A DNA stretch of 64,000 bases from an uncultured Ignavibacteriales bacterium (GTDB taxonomy: Bacteria > Zixibacteria > MSB-5A5 > GN15 > FEB-12), in NCBI GenBank assembly GCA_964464605.1, contig CAYXJN010000002.1, positions 62,001-126,000 on the forward strand. Direction: 5' to 3'. The position numbers were made by a program, and so were the translations under genes. Positions 19,135 through 29,926 of this stretch are shown here, in pieces. The notes under the pieces are model-generated. The model was not told the origin of the DNA. It did no database searches and worked only from the letters and a program-made list of their open reading frames with translations. Every line of letters starts with the position of its first letter. Position 1 is the stretch's first letter.

Positions 19135-20514
19135 TTACACCTGTTTTTTCTTCCAGTGTCCCAGCTTGAACCAGAGGGCTAAAATCGAGGCTTTCACCAA
19201 GGTAGTAATGGTCAATGTCCACCAGACCCCGTTAATTCCCCAATTCAAGTCAAAACAGAGATACCAGGCGAGGGGAATGCGGACAACCGCGCCGGGAATC
19301 ATGACAATCATCGGCGGCAACGTATCCCCCGCTCCGCTGAATGCCCCTTCAATGACGATTTCAACCGCCATCATAACTTGCGAGATACCCAGAATAATCA
19401 GATAGTCGGCTGCAATCGTAAGTACGACGGGGTCGTCGGTAAACAGCGTCGCGATTGTCTGCGGAATAAGAATGAATAAAATTGCCATCAGGGCGGTGAG
19501 TCCAACCGCCAAACCAAGGGCAACCCAGGCCGAACGTTCCGCACGTTCAGGTTTCTTCGCGCCGAGATTTTGCCCGACCAATGTTGCCGCTGCGACTGAA
19601 AAACCATGACAGGTTAAATAAGAGAATGACTCCATTCGATTACCGATTCCCATCGCTGCGGCTGCCGGTTCACCAAATTTGTGAACGACTTGAATTAAGA
19701 ACCAATAGACCAAAACGAAAATGAATTGTTGGGTGGCGATCGGCAATCCGATACGACCGATACGCATAAACTCTTTCAATTTCGGTGTGACTAATTGCTG
19801 TTTCGTGATACTAAGTCCGGTTTTTCCCTTCCATAACGAGATAAACATATACAGACAGCCGAGCAGTTCCGCAGTAATCGTAGCGACTGCCGCACCGGTT
19901 ACGCCGAGTTCAGGAAATGGGCCATACCCGAAAATCAACAGTGGATCGAGTATCATGTTGACGCTGACAATGAACGCAAACGTAATCGCCGGAATCTTCG
20001 TGTTTCCCGAAGCTCGAAAAATCGCGTAAGTCGTTTCCAGTAAAAACAGAATTCCGCCGATGGAAACCATCACGCGGAGATATGGAATAGCGAGGCTCGC
20101 TGTTTCCGGCGAGGTTCCCATAAATCCTAACATCTGCGGCGTGAAAACTATTACCAAAGCTGATACGATGATGCCGAAGAGCAGCCCCATGCTCATTCCC
20201 TGTCCGGCATAATATGCGGCGGTCGAGCGATCGTTTGCGCCGACATAGCGGGATACGAGCGCCGTTACGCCGATTCCGACTAAACTGGCCAGGGCAAACA
20301 GAGTCCAGATGACTATTTGCGCGGTGGTGACCGCATCTTGCGCCGCCGGGCTGATTTTGCCAACCCAGAAGATATTAGTTCCAGCCAGCACGAACTGCAA
20401 AAGCATACTGAGCACGACCGGAATAGCCAAGTTGAAAACCGTTTTAACAATCGGTCCGCTGGTAACCTGATTGCCTATTGTCGGTTGTGTGGAAATAGGT
20501 TCGGTGGTGGACAT
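19135..20514 (-). CDS. MATE family efflux transporter
   Basis: About 12 hydrophobic segments; NMILDPLLIFG..GVTGAAVAT, VGQNLGA and GAGDT motifs. Confidence 0.92.
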   Translation of the reverse strand: MSTTEPISTQPTIGNQVTSGPIVKTVFNLAIPVVLSMLLQFVLAGTNIFWVGKISPAAQDAVTTAQIVIWTLFALASLVGIGVTALVSRYVGANDRSTAAYYAGQGMSMGLLFGIIVSALVIVFTPQMLGFMGTSPETASLAIPYLRVMVSIGGILFLLETTYAIFRASGNTKIPAITFAFIVSVNMILDPLLIFGYGPFPELGVTGAAVATITAELLGCLYMFISLWKGKTGLSITKQQLVTPKLKEFMRIGRIGLPIATQQFIFVLVYWFLIQVVHKFGEPAAAAMGIGNRMESFSYLTCHGFSVAAATLVGQNLGAKKPERAERSAWVALGLAVGLTALMAILFILIPQTIATLFTDDPVVLTIAADYLIILGISQVMMAVEIVIEGAFSGAGDTLPPMIVMIPGAVVRIPLAWYLCFDLNWGINGVWWTLTITTLVKASILALWFKLGHWKKKQV

Positions 20515-20524
20515 AGATTAAGAG

Positions 20525-20553
20525 AACGTACCGTCTTACTTGGAAGGAATCAA
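20525..20553 (-). promoter_or_regulatory. Putative sigma70 promoter TTGATT-N17-TACGTT for the MATE gene
   Basis: Consensus-like hexamers with 17-nt spacer, 10 nt before the ATG. Confidence 0.45.
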
Positions 20554-20571
20554 GTGAGGAGAGAAAACAGA

Positions 20572-21021
20572 TTATCGCTTTTTGCGATTCTTGAAATACT
20601 GGGCGAAAAATTCAAGCGCCATGACATAGCCATGACGGCCGAATCCGGTCAGATGCCCCACACAAACCGGTGCCAAGACCGATTTATGGCGGAATTCTTC
20701 GCGGGCATAGATATTGGAAATATGTACTTCCACCGCAGGAAGGCTGGTCGCGGTGATCGCATCGGCAATGGCATAGCTGTAATGCGTGTATGCGCCGGCA
20801 TTGATAATCAATCCATTCACTTTTTTGTATTCAGCGTGCAAAAAATCGATAATCGCCCCTTCGCTGTTCGACTGGAAGAACTGAACGGATAGTCCCAGCG
20901 CTGCCGCTTTTTTCGCAAGATTGGCGTTCATCTGCGCCAATGTTTCTTTGCCGTAGATATTCGGCTCACGGGTACCCAGCAGATTCAGATTCGGGCCATT
21001 GACGATTAAGAGCTTAGGCAT
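20572..21021 (-). CDS. aroQ: Type II 3-dehydroquinate dehydratase
   Basis: NGPNLNLLGTREPNIYG, QSNSEG, NAGAYTHYS, EVHISN..AREEFR. Start reassigned to ATG 21021. Confidence 0.96.
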   Translation of the reverse strand: MPKLLIVNGPNLNLLGTREPNIYGKETLAQMNANLAKKAAALGLSVQFFQSNSEGAIIDFLHAEYKKVNGLIINAGAYTHYSYAIADAITATSLPAVEVHISNIYAREEFRHKSVLAPVCVGHLTGFGRHGYVMALEFFAQYFKNRKKR

Positions 21022-22129
21022 CGGTTTTCCCATATTCTCGATAGATAGCCTGCATACGAATAATGGCGGTACGCACAAGCTTCATATCGACATTCTCGGC
21101 AATATATGGAGCGCCCGGTTTTCTTAGCAAAACAAATCGGAGTCCGGTTGTATTCCGTTTTTTGTCCTGTGTCATGCCGTCTAAGACCGACTCGATCTTG
21201 AAATCGACGAATGGTATCTGCCTAATAAGCTGCTGTAAAAGTTCTCTGTATGTGTCAAACAGGCGTTGCCTGTTTAATTGTGTGAGCGCGCTGAGTTCGA
21301 CGGCGGCGAAACAGCCGAGTGTGACTGCCATGCCGTGGGAGAGCCTTTTGAAGCCGGTCGCTTTTTCGATACCGTGCGCAAAGGTATGGCCGAGATTGAG
21401 CCATAACCGCTTGCTGCCATCCCGTTCATCCTGCGAGACGATTTTGGCTTTATAGGCAGCAGAGAATTCGATAATCGGAGTTAGGGCCGCAGTATTCGAG
21501 TAACTCATTTGTTTCAATATCCGTTCAGCTTGCGGAATAGTTTTGCCGCCGATTAGTCCTGCATATTTGACTACTTCTCCCATACCAGAAACTGTTTCAT
21601 TATGCGGCAGCGTGCGCAGCCAGTTGATATCGCATATAACAAACGAAGGCTGCCAGAATGCACCGATCATATTTTTCCCGCGAGGATGATTAATAGCGGT
21701 CTTCCCGCCTATTGCGGCGTCGACCATGCCGAGTAACGTGGTCGGCATCGCGCCCCACTTGATTCCCCGCAAAGTCGTTGCGGCGGCAAATCCGGCTAAA
21801 TCAGTAACCACGCCACCACCGACGGCCAAGAGAAAATCATGTCGTGCCACTTTGTTGGTTAAAAGCCATTCGTACAATTTTAAGAGCGTGGGGCTGAATT
21901 TGCTTTTTTCGCCTGAAGGAATCGGCAACAGGTGAATCGTATATCCGGTTTTATTAAGCATGGCAAGCAACGCGGCTCGGTTCTTTTTGAGAAAACCGGC
22001 ATCGGTAACAACAAACAGTCGCTTACTTCGCATGACTTGTTTGAGTTCGGAAACAAGTCTGCTTCCTTGATTCGTTCCGATAAAAATCGGGCAGCGGGAA
22101 CTGCCGTGCTTAACTTCAATGCGAGCCAT
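21014..22129 (-). CDS. aroB: 3-dehydroquinate synthase
   Basis: GGGVVTDLAGF, PTTLLGMVDAAIGGKT, KNMIGAF, LNLGHTFAH. Confidence 0.96.
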   Translation of the reverse strand: MARIEVKHGSSRCPIFIGTNQGSRLVSELKQVMRSKRLFVVTDAGFLKKNRAALLAMLNKTGYTIHLLPIPSGEKSKFSPTLLKLYEWLLTNKVARHDFLLAVGGGVVTDLAGFAAATTLRGIKWGAMPTTLLGMVDAAIGGKTAINHPRGKNMIGAFWQPSFVICDINWLRTLPHNETVSGMGEVVKYAGLIGGKTIPQAERILKQMSYSNTAALTPIIEFSAAYKAKIVSQDERDGSKRLWLNLGHTFAHGIEKATGFKRLSHGMAVTLGCFAAVELSALTQLNRQRLFDTYRELLQQLIRQIPFVDFKIESVLDGMTQDKKRNTTGLRFVLLRKPGAPYIAENVDMKLVRTAIIRMQAIYREYGKTDA

Positions 22130-22700
22130 ATCGAACCTTGATAGTTTTCACGATCTCACTCGCTGCGACTTTGGGCGTGTATTTCGTTGTACTGAAGGTT
22201 ACGTGTGCGGTGGCATAACCGGGAAGGCGTTTGAGCAATAACTTTCGTAAATGTAGCTTCGCTTCTTCGATTGATTGGATTTCGGAAGGCTTCAATAATG
22301 GCCTATTTCGATCACCGAGTGTCCGTTTTAATAATTCCTGCTGTGAACACTTTAAGTATATCGATAACCCTGTACGATTCACCCGTGTACGGTTGACCGC
22401 TTTCAAAAAACTTCCGCCACCGAGTGAGACAACTGCTTTAACCGGTTTCTGACAGACCTTGCTGATAATACTTGATTCCAGGCGCCTAAAATACGGTTCC
22501 CCCTTACGGGTGAAAATCTGTGGTATAGACATTCCTGATTGTTTCACTATTTCAGTATCGGTGTCTATGAAACGATACTCCAGCAGGCCAGCCAAAAGCT
22601 TGCCAATAGTAGATTTCCCACTTCCGGAAAACCCGATCAGGAAAATCTTATCGGGTAACGGTGTCGTTGCTTTTTTCATGGAACGTTTCTTGGTTTTCAT
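22116..22700 (-). CDS. aroK: Shikimate kinase
   Basis: IFLIGFSGSGKST, DTD, GEPYFR, SLGGG, RPLL. Confidence 0.95.
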   Translation of the reverse strand: MKTKKRSMKKATTPLPDKIFLIGFSGSGKSTIGKLLAGLLEYRFIDTDTEIVKQSGMSIPQIFTRKGEPYFRRLESSIISKVCQKPVKAVVSLGGGSFLKAVNRTRVNRTGLSIYLKCSQQELLKRTLGDRNRPLLKPSEIQSIEEAKLHLRKLLLKRLPGYATAHVTFSTTKYTPKVAASEIVKTIKVRYGSH

Positions 22701-23536
22701 GAAGGAAAGACAGCGTCGTAAATCGGGGCATGGTCGATTTTTGTACCGGTCCAGAGATAGAATGAACGTATTGCCTGTCCGACTAACATTTCGCTCCCGT
22801 TAATCGTAGTCATTCCCATCTGTTTCGCAAGTGCGATAGCGATATTCATGTCATTGTAATTCAGATCGTAGTACAGTTTCCCGCGATTGAGCGGCACACG
22901 AGGGTTGAACGGGCTTTCTTCCGGATGATTCCACCCGCCCAGCGGCGTACAGTTAACCAGAATATGATAATCCGACACTGTTCCGTGCGATTGGCCGAGC
23001 GTTACTATCTGTATTTCTGCTTCGGGTAAAATCTCGGCGATTGATTCTTTAAAGGTATCGAGTTTTTCCCATGAGCGGGAGATAATCGAGAATTTTCGTA
23101 TTTCTAAATCGATGTATAAGGAATAGACCGCCGCTTTCGCGCTTCCACCACAACCTAAAATAACGGCGTGTCCCTGTTTCAACTGTTGGGCATACTGATG
23201 CAGCGGTTGGGCGAAGCCGTAGGTGTCAGTATTGAATCCATACAGATGGCCGCCTCGAACGCAAACAGAATTAACGGCATCGAGCGCTTTCGCCACCGGA
23301 TCAATATCATCAAGCAGCGACATGATTCGAGTCTTGTGCGGAATCGTAACCGAAACCGCTTGTACGCCAGAGTGAAACAGCTTTTCCGCTTCCAGATCGA
23401 AATGTTCGGGAACGATATCGAAAATGGTGAAGCTTCCTTTGACCTTTTGCTGGTCGAAGATTGCCTCGAATATCTGTTTGGAGCGGGAATAGGAGACGCG
23501 ATATCCGATCAGGCCGAATTGGTACGGCTCATTCAT
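22697..23536 (-). CDS. aroE: Shikimate dehydrogenase
   Basis: SYSRS, SVTIPHK, AVN, NTDTYGF, LGCGGSAKA, VNCTPLG, DLNYN, GSEMLVGQA. Confidence 0.93.
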   Translation of the reverse strand: MNEPYQFGLIGYRVSYSRSKQIFEAIFDQQKVKGSFTIFDIVPEHFDLEAEKLFHSGVQAVSVTIPHKTRIMSLLDDIDPVAKALDAVNSVCVRGGHLYGFNTDTYGFAQPLHQYAQQLKQGHAVILGCGGSAKAAVYSLYIDLEIRKFSIISRSWEKLDTFKESIAEILPEAEIQIVTLGQSHGTVSDYHILVNCTPLGGWNHPEESPFNPRVPLNRGKLYYDLNYNDMNIAIALAKQMGMTTINGSEMLVGQAIRSFYLWTGTKIDHAPIYDAVFPS

Positions 23537-24876
23537 CGGGCGACTTCCTTCAACAAATCGTAAAATGTCGGACAGGAAATTGCCACGCAGTCGGCATCGT
23601 CGATGGTCGACGGTCCGCTACAGAATAGCGACGCAATCGAAAAAGCCATCGCGATTCGGTGATCGCCGAACGAAACAAAATCTGCTCCTTCATGTTCAGA
23701 AGAACCTTCGATAATAAGCCCATCTTCGAGCAGGCCGCATTTGACGCCCATCTGAATCAGATTATGTGCGATTGCGGCAAGCCGATCCGATTCTTTGACT
23801 TTGAGTTCAGATGCATCCCGAATAACGGTTGTTCCTTCACTGAAAGCGGCAAGTACAGAGACGATAGGGATCTCGTCAATCAAGCCGACCGTTGTTTCGC
23901 CGCTGATCTTTTTTGCTTTCAGCTGGTTGCCGGAAACGGTTACCGTTCCGCGCGGCTCTCCGCTTTGCATCCGCTTGTCGGAAATTTCGACAGTACAGCC
24001 GATTGCTTTCAAGTAATCTAAAAATTGCGTACGGGTTGGATTCAAGCCGACATTTTCTACCGTTACCGGTTTGTTCGAAAGCGCACCAACTGCCCAAAAA
24101 AAGGCAGCGGTTGAAATATCGCCGGGGATAACGATTTCCCCTCCATTGATTTTTGCGCCACCAGAGATACGAATCTCTTTTTTGAATGATTCCGCTTTTT
24201 CCAAAATCGTTTTGCGAGGGTCGTTCGGATCCTGCACCCGCACCGGTTTCGGGGTGCTGATCGTGATCCCATCCCCTAATGCAGAAAGCATAACTTCGGT
24301 ATGATCACGGGTAATTGAATCTTCTCGGATAGTAACCGAGCAACTGGATGCTATCCCCGCGAGTAACAACGCCGACTTCACCTGTGCCGATGCGACCGGC
24401 AGATGGTATTCAAACGGCAGTAGTCGCTTTCCGCGAACGGTCATCGGGAGATGTCCTTCTGTCGCGTACAAATCAGCACCCATTTTGGTAAGTGGATCGA
24501 TAACTCGTTTCATCGGACGACGGGATAAGGATTCATCTCCGGTAAGCGTTGCTTCAATTTGCGAACCGGCAAGAATACCGGCGATAAGCCGAGCCGTTGT
24601 TCCGGAGTTGCCACAATCGATAGAAACATTCTGACCGTTACCTAATTGCGTCGGTGGTGTCAGCGTTAATACGCCGTTATTATCAGCAACGGTAACGCCG
24701 AGTGACTTTGCGGCGGCTAAAGAACTTCGGCAATCCTGTCCGTCCGGAAAATCATGGACAGTAATTGCACCTTTGGCAATGATTGAAAACAAAGCGGCGC
24801 GATGGCCGATTGATTTATCTCCCGGAACTTTGATAGTCCCGCCGAATTTGCGAGCCGGTTTGAGCTCCCGCTTCAT
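23533..24876 (-). CDS. aroA: 3-phosphoshikimate 1-carboxyvinyltransferase (EPSP synthase, class II type)
   Basis: PGDKSIGHR, DCGNSGTTARL, RRPMKR, SAQVKSA, RDHTE, KESDR, DHRIAM. Confidence 0.97.
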   Translation of the reverse strand: MKRELKPARKFGGTIKVPGDKSIGHRAALFSIIAKGAITVHDFPDGQDCRSSLAAAKSLGVTVADNNGVLTLTPPTQLGNGQNVSIDCGNSGTTARLIAGILAGSQIEATLTGDESLSRRPMKRVIDPLTKMGADLYATEGHLPMTVRGKRLLPFEYHLPVASAQVKSALLLAGIASSCSVTIREDSITRDHTEVMLSALGDGITISTPKPVRVQDPNDPRKTILEKAESFKKEIRISGGAKINGGEIVIPGDISTAAFFWAVGALSNKPVTVENVGLNPTRTQFLDYLKAIGCTVEISDKRMQSGEPRGTVTVSGNQLKAKKISGETTVGLIDEIPIVSVLAAFSEGTTVIRDASELKVKESDRLAAIAHNLIQMGVKCGLLEDGLIIEGSSEHEGADFVSFGDHRIAMAFSIASLFCSGPSTIDDADCVAISCPTFYDLLKEVAR

Positions 24877-25892
24877 GAAAGCGTCCTTCCCAATACACCA
24901 GCAAGGGCGCGGGCCTCTGTCATTAACTGACCGAACATATCCGGTGTAATTGACTGCGGACCATCCGACCAGGCGGACGCCGGATCATGGTGCACTTCCA
25001 CCAGTAATCCATCCGCACCGACAGCAATCGATGCACGCGATAACGGCAGCACTTTGCTTTTCTTCCCCGTTCCATGGCTTGGATCTGCAACAATCGGCAG
25101 ATGGCTGGTACGCTTCACAAACGGAATTGCAGATAAGTCGAGTGTGTTGCGGGTGTGGTCGGCAAAGGTGCGAACACCTCGTTCGCAGAGAATGACACGG
25201 CGGTTCCCTTCAGCCATGATATATTCTGCCGACATGAGCAGTTCCTCAAGCGTCGCCGCCATACCCCGTTTGAGCAACACCGGTTTCATCGACTTCCCTG
25301 CTTTTTTTAGCAACGAGTAGTTCTGCATATTGCGGGCACCGATTTGGATGATATCAGCGACATCAGCGACCATCGGCAAGCTTTCGGTATCGATCGCCTC
25401 AGTTACAATCAGTAATCCAAATTTGTCGCGTACCTCAGCGAGGATTTTCAATCCTTCTTCTCCCAATCCCTGAAACGAATACGGCGATGTTCTCGGTTTA
25501 TATGCTCCGGCGCGGAATACTTTTGCGCCACATTTGGCTATCTGTTCGGCTATGATCATTGCCTGATCACGTGTTTCCACCGAACATGGCCCGGCCATGA
25601 TAACCAATTCTTTTCCGCCGACTTTGACCCCGTGACCGACATCGATAACTGAATCCTCTGGAAAAAACTCCCGGCTGACCAATTTGAACGGCTGTGTGAC
25701 ATGAATGATATCTTTAACACCGGGCTGGGCTAAAATCCGGTCGGAATCGACTTGTGATTTATTGCCGGTTACGCCGATTGCCGTGCGTAGTGCCCCTGGA
25801 ATCGGATGCGCCGTCAGCCCCATGCTTTCAATAGCACGGCAAACTCCCGCAACCATCTCCGGGCTGGCGCCGGTTTCCATTACGATAAGCAT
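24873..25892 (-). CDS. aroF: DAHP synthase type I-beta with N-terminal regulatory domain (copy linked to tyrA/aro genes)
   Basis: AGPCSVE, KPRTSPYSFQG, IGARNMQN, LKRG, CERGVRTF, DPSHGTG, SDGPQS. Confidence 0.95.
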   Translation of the reverse strand: MLIVMETGASPEMVAGVCRAIESMGLTAHPIPGALRTAIGVTGNKSQVDSDRILAQPGVKDIIHVTQPFKLVSREFFPEDSVIDVGHGVKVGGKELVIMAGPCSVETRDQAMIIAEQIAKCGAKVFRAGAYKPRTSPYSFQGLGEEGLKILAEVRDKFGLLIVTEAIDTESLPMVADVADIIQIGARNMQNYSLLKKAGKSMKPVLLKRGMAATLEELLMSAEYIMAEGNRRVILCERGVRTFADHTRNTLDLSAIPFVKRTSHLPIVADPSHGTGKKSKVLPLSRASIAVGADGLLVEVHHDPASAWSDGPQSITPDMFGQLMTEARALAGVLGRTLS

Positions 25893-26713
25893 CTATAGCT
25901 CCTGTTTGCTTCCTTGAAAATGTCATCGATTGATTCATTTGCGGCAATTCGTTTGATGACTTGATTCAGATTGTCACTATACATTTGCAGTGAGGTAATA
26001 ATATTAGCGCGATTCTCTTTAACAATTTCATCCCATAACGGATATGGTGATCCCGCCAGGCGCAGCATCGTTTTCAAGCCGGGACCGGCCAAAGACAATA
26101 AATCCGGTGACATCTGCGCGCCTAAAAGTGTCGACAATAATTGCGGCAGATGAGACTGCTCGGCCATGATAGCATCATGCGTCCCGCTTGCGACAGCTAC
26201 AGGTTTTGCCTGCGTGACTTTCATCAGCCAATTCAGGCGACGCCTGTTTATTTTGCTAAGTTCAGTGCTGTTTTCAAAAAACCAAACACGATTGGCAAAT
26301 AAATCCGCTTCGGCGTTGGCAAATCCGGCGACTTCTTTTCCGGCCATCGGGTGTGACGCGAGAAATTGCATATCCTCAGTGAAATGCAATGTTTTTGCCA
26401 ATTTCGCGATCGGTTGTTTCACTGAACCGGTATCAAGAATGAGCGCATTTTCTATCGCTTTCAATTTCGATAACTGCTTGAGCATCGCCTCATTCGCTGA
26501 TAACGGTGCGGAAAGAATAATAATATCAGCTTCGGCGGCAGCTTTTAGTTCAGTCGACCAAGTAGCTTTGAATTTGCGATTCAAACGTGCTTTACGAATG
26601 ACCGTCGGTTTATCAATCGCAACAATCCTGGTAGTTTTTGAGCGTTTCTGTATAGCAAGCGCTATACTTCCGCCGATAAGCCCGAATCCGCAAATGGCGA
26701 CTGTGCGAACCAT
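25880..26713 (-). CDS. tyrA: Prephenate/arogenate dehydrogenase
   Basis: GFGLIGGS Rossmann motif, DTGSVK, HPMAGKE, HD...SHLPQ, RLAGS..LW. Confidence 0.92.
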   Translation of the reverse strand: MVRTVAICGFGLIGGSIALAIQKRSKTTRIVAIDKPTVIRKARLNRKFKATWSTELKAAAEADIIILSAPLSANEAMLKQLSKLKAIENALILDTGSVKQPIAKLAKTLHFTEDMQFLASHPMAGKEVAGFANAEADLFANRVWFFENSTELSKINRRRLNWLMKVTQAKPVAVASGTHDAIMAEQSHLPQLLSTLLGAQMSPDLLSLAGPGLKTMLRLAGSPYPLWDEIVKENRANIITSLQMYSDNLNQVIKRIAANESIDDIFKEANRSYRCLS

Positions 26714-28525
26714 TTACATCTCCTCCGGCGCTTGTAAACCTAACAGATAAAGTCCTTCTTTAACTACTAACTGCACGGCTTTCACGAGCGCCATACGAGC
26801 TGCGGAAAGCTCAACGTTATCAGAAATTATTTTATCCGTGCGGCCATTGGCATCTTTGCGCTGGTAGAAAGCATTAAACGCTGAACTCAGTTTCAACAAG
26901 TACTGAGAGATGAAAAATGGATCGTAATTTCGGGCAGCATCCTGAAGCGTATCCGGAAAATCAGCGAGTGTTTCAATAACTAACCGCTCTTCGGGGTTAT
27001 TCAGTAGTGACCATTGCACATCAGTCATGATTGTCTTTCCATATAACCGAATCAGTGAACAAAGCCGGGCATGTGTATACTGCAAGTATGGTCCGGTCTC
27101 ACCTTCAAAGCTGAGTACTTGTTCCCAGTTGAAGTTGACATCCTTTTGACGACGTACCGACAACTGCGAAAAAATAACCGCCCCAACACCGACAACGTGC
27201 GCAATCTGTTTTAGATTCTTCAGGTCAGGATTCTTTTCGACCATCCTTTGCTGTACGAGTTCGACTGCACGGTCAATGACTTCTTCAAGGAAAATGATAT
27301 TACCCTGACGGGTCGACATCGTTTTCTCGCCGAACTTCACCCAGCCAAAGTCAATATGCTTTACCCGATCAGCCATCAGTTTATCCGATGGGACATGTTC
27401 GGCTGCTTCCATTTTTCGCATGACGCCAAGGCATTGCTTGAAATGGTCAGCCTGCGCTGAACCGACGACATAAAGAGATTCATCAAAATGATAGGTCTCC
27501 CACCGCCAGATCATTCCGGCCAAGTCGCGAGTCGCATACAGTGTCGCTCCATCCCCCTTTTTCAAAAGGCAGGGGGGCAAATTCGGATCATCAAGCTGAA
27601 CCACAAGCGCACCCTGTGACATTTCAGTGAGTCCATCAGCGATAAACCGTTGCACTGCCGGTTCCATTTTATCGTTGAAGAATGACTCGCCGGTTATCAA
27701 ATCAAATTCTATTCCGAGCAAATCATAAATTCGCTTGAACTCAGCTAGTGAAATTGATTTGAACTGTTCCCACAGCTCTACTGCTTTAGCGTTACCATCT
27801 TCCAGTCGCTTGAACGCTTCCCGCGCGCGATCATTGAGCGATTCATCTTTTTCAGCTTCGGTATGGAAACGGACATACAGCTCATACAATTGCTCAACCG
27901 CATCATGGGTCAGGTCGATATTTTTCCCCCACAGATCGAACGCGACAATCATTTTGCCGAACTGTGTGCCCCAGTCACCGAGATAATTGATCCCGACAAC
28001 ATCATATCCGAATCGTTTGAAAATACGGCGGAGTGAATTGCCGATAACAGTTGAGCGGAGATGTCCGATGCCGAACGGTTTTGCAATATTCGGCGATGAA
28101 TACTCGACTAAGCGCGTTTTTTCTTTGCCGATATCGGATGAGGCATACCCTGACGGGTCACGGTGAATAGCATCGATAACGCTTTTAGCGCGAAATTCTG
28201 AATTAACTTTCGCATTTAAGTACCCTCCCGCGCTTTCGACACCGGCGATAAACTGCGCGCCGTTTCGTCCCACATGCGCTTCGGCTGCTTTCGCTAATGC
28301 AGCGGAAATCACCTGCGGCGGCTGACCAAATGCTTTGGTGAATTTGAAAAGCGGAATTGAATATTCCCCTTTGGTTAGATCTTTGGGGCGTTCAATCAAG
28401 TCGTAGACATCGGCAGAATTAAACAGACCAATTTGCCCAACCTGATTTTTCTGTTCAGGATAGGCTTCGGCTGTAGAAACAGCGATAAGTTCAGCAAACT
28501 GCTGTTTGAAATGGTCTTTGATCAT
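26714..28525 (-). CDS. argS: Arginine--tRNA ligase
   Basis: VEYSSPNIAKPFGIGHLRST (HIGH-like), GDWGTQFG, YATRDLA, MSTRQG, YLQYTHARL, C-terminal APEEM. Confidence 0.97.
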   Translation of the reverse strand: MIKDHFKQQFAELIAVSTAEAYPEQKNQVGQIGLFNSADVYDLIERPKDLTKGEYSIPLFKFTKAFGQPPQVISAALAKAAEAHVGRNGAQFIAGVESAGGYLNAKVNSEFRAKSVIDAIHRDPSGYASSDIGKEKTRLVEYSSPNIAKPFGIGHLRSTVIGNSLRRIFKRFGYDVVGINYLGDWGTQFGKMIVAFDLWGKNIDLTHDAVEQLYELYVRFHTEAEKDESLNDRAREAFKRLEDGNAKAVELWEQFKSISLAEFKRIYDLLGIEFDLITGESFFNDKMEPAVQRFIADGLTEMSQGALVVQLDDPNLPPCLLKKGDGATLYATRDLAGMIWRWETYHFDESLYVVGSAQADHFKQCLGVMRKMEAAEHVPSDKLMADRVKHIDFGWVKFGEKTMSTRQGNIIFLEEVIDRAVELVQQRMVEKNPDLKNLKQIAHVVGVGAVIFSQLSVRRQKDVNFNWEQVLSFEGETGPYLQYTHARLCSLIRLYGKTIMTDVQWSLLNNPEERLVIETLADFPDTLQDAARNYDPFFISQYLLKLSSAFNAFYQRKDANGRTDKIISDNVELSAARMALVKAVQLVVKEGLYLLGLQAPEEM

Positions 28526-28536
28526 ATAGTTGTTGT

Positions 28537-28566
28537 AATGTATCTGCTGACCGCGAGTAAAATCAA
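28537..28566 (-). promoter_or_regulatory. Putative promoter TTGATT-N18-TACATT for argS-tyrA-aro genes
   Basis: Lies in the only sizeable gap (91 nt) between dapF and aroQ, 11 nt before the argS ATG. Confidence 0.4.
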
Positions 28567-28616
28567 CTCTAATTGATAAGAACTATGAATGGCTATGTGT
28601 TGCGCTAATAAAAGAC

Positions 28617-29630
28617 TTATAAAGTCCTGCCGACAGCCGTGGCGATTATACGGACTTCTTCCACTAATTTGGCGTACTGTTCCATGTACAGCGTCTGCGC
28701 GCCGTCGGAGAAAGCCTTATCCGGGTCGTAGTGAACTTCGATAATCAGCCCGTCGGCTCCGGCGGCAATAGCGGCGCGGGCCATTGGGGAGACTTTGTCG
28801 CGGATACCGATACCGTGCGAAGGGTCAGCGATAACCGGCAAATGGGTCAGCTTTTTCAGCACCGGAATTGCACCAATATCGAGCGTGTTGCGAGTAATAT
28901 CCGAAAATGTTCTGATACCGCGTTCGCAAAGCACCACGTCGTGGTTTCCGCCGGCCATGATATATTCAGCCGCCATCAGCAGTTCCTGAATCGTCGCCGA
29001 CATACCGCGTTTGAGCAAAATCGGTTTGTTAACCTTACCGAGCTCTTTTAAAAGCGCGAAATTCTGCATATTGCGGGCGCCAACCTGAATCATATCCACG
29101 TATTTAAGTGCCGGGATAATATCCATACGGTCCATAACTTCGGAGACAACCGTCAATCCAGTTTCATCACCAGCCGCCCGCATATATTTCAACCCCTCTT
29201 CTCCCAAACCCTGAAAACTGTATGGTGAAGAGCGCGGTTTGTATGCGCCGCCGCGTAACATCGTCGTGCCAGTCGCTTTAACTTCTTTGGCGATCCGGCG
29301 GATCTGTTCACGGGACTCGATTGAGCATGGCCCGGCAATCATCGCAATTTTATTTCCGCCAAAAACAGTGTTACCGACGGTTACGATTGAATCTTTCGGC
29401 TTGAATGTTCTTCCGGCGAGTTTGTACGGCTCGGAGATGCGGAGTACTTCTTTGACTCCGTCAAGCGCCCGGAAATCCTGTAAATCGACAGTCTGCGTTT
29501 CCCCGACTACTCCGAGTACGGTGTTGCTGGTACCGGTGGAACGGTGAATATCGAACCCGCGTTCATGAAGTTTTTCTAAAACGTGCTGTATCTGTTCCGG
29601 GGAGGCGTTTTCAGCCATGATGACTATCAT
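28617..29630 (-). CDS. aroF: DAHP synthase type I-beta, second paralogue (end of the trp operon)
   Basis: [42 protein letters not shown]-terminal regulatory domain. Confidence 0.95.
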   Translation of the reverse strand: MIVIMAENASPEQIQHVLEKLHERGFDIHRSTGTSNTVLGVVGETQTVDLQDFRALDGVKEVLRISEPYKLAGRTFKPKDSIVTVGNTVFGGNKIAMIAGPCSIESREQIRRIAKEVKATGTTMLRGGAYKPRSSPYSFQGLGEEGLKYMRAAGDETGLTVVSEVMDRMDIIPALKYVDMIQVGARNMQNFALLKELGKVNKPILLKRGMSATIQELLMAAEYIMAGGNHDVVLCERGIRTFSDITRNTLDIGAIPVLKKLTHLPVIADPSHGIGIRDKVSPMARAAIAAGADGLIIEVHYDPDKAFSDGAQTLYMEQYAKLVEEVRIIATAVGRTL

Positions 29631-29926
29631 GATTCACTCTCATTCTCTTTTTTGTAGACGCGGTTGTGCTCCAAGAAACGTGATTCATCTATTACTCGTT
29701 CAAACAATCGGGCAACCGACTGTTCGGGTAATGGTCCTTTGTTACTCGCTTTGACGGCGGAAAGAATCTGCTCTTCCCGTTCCGGATCGAACAGTTTGAG
29801 TCCCATCTGCTGTTTTACCTGCCCGACTTTCAGCACCAAACCGGCGCGGCGGTTGAACAGATCGAGCAGCTGGGCGTCGATAGCATCGATCTCTTTTCGC
29901 AAATTTTCCAAATCCGGTTTACTCAT
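29627..29926 (-). CDS. Chorismate mutase (type II, monofunctional)
   Basis: LENLRKEIDAIDAQLLDLFNRRA..VGQVK..FDPEREEQIL..LFERVIDESR. Confidence 0.92.
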   Translation of the reverse strand: MSKPDLENLRKEIDAIDAQLLDLFNRRAGLVLKVGQVKQQMGLKLFDPEREEQILSAVKASNKGPLPEQSVARLFERVIDESRFLEHNRVYKKENESES

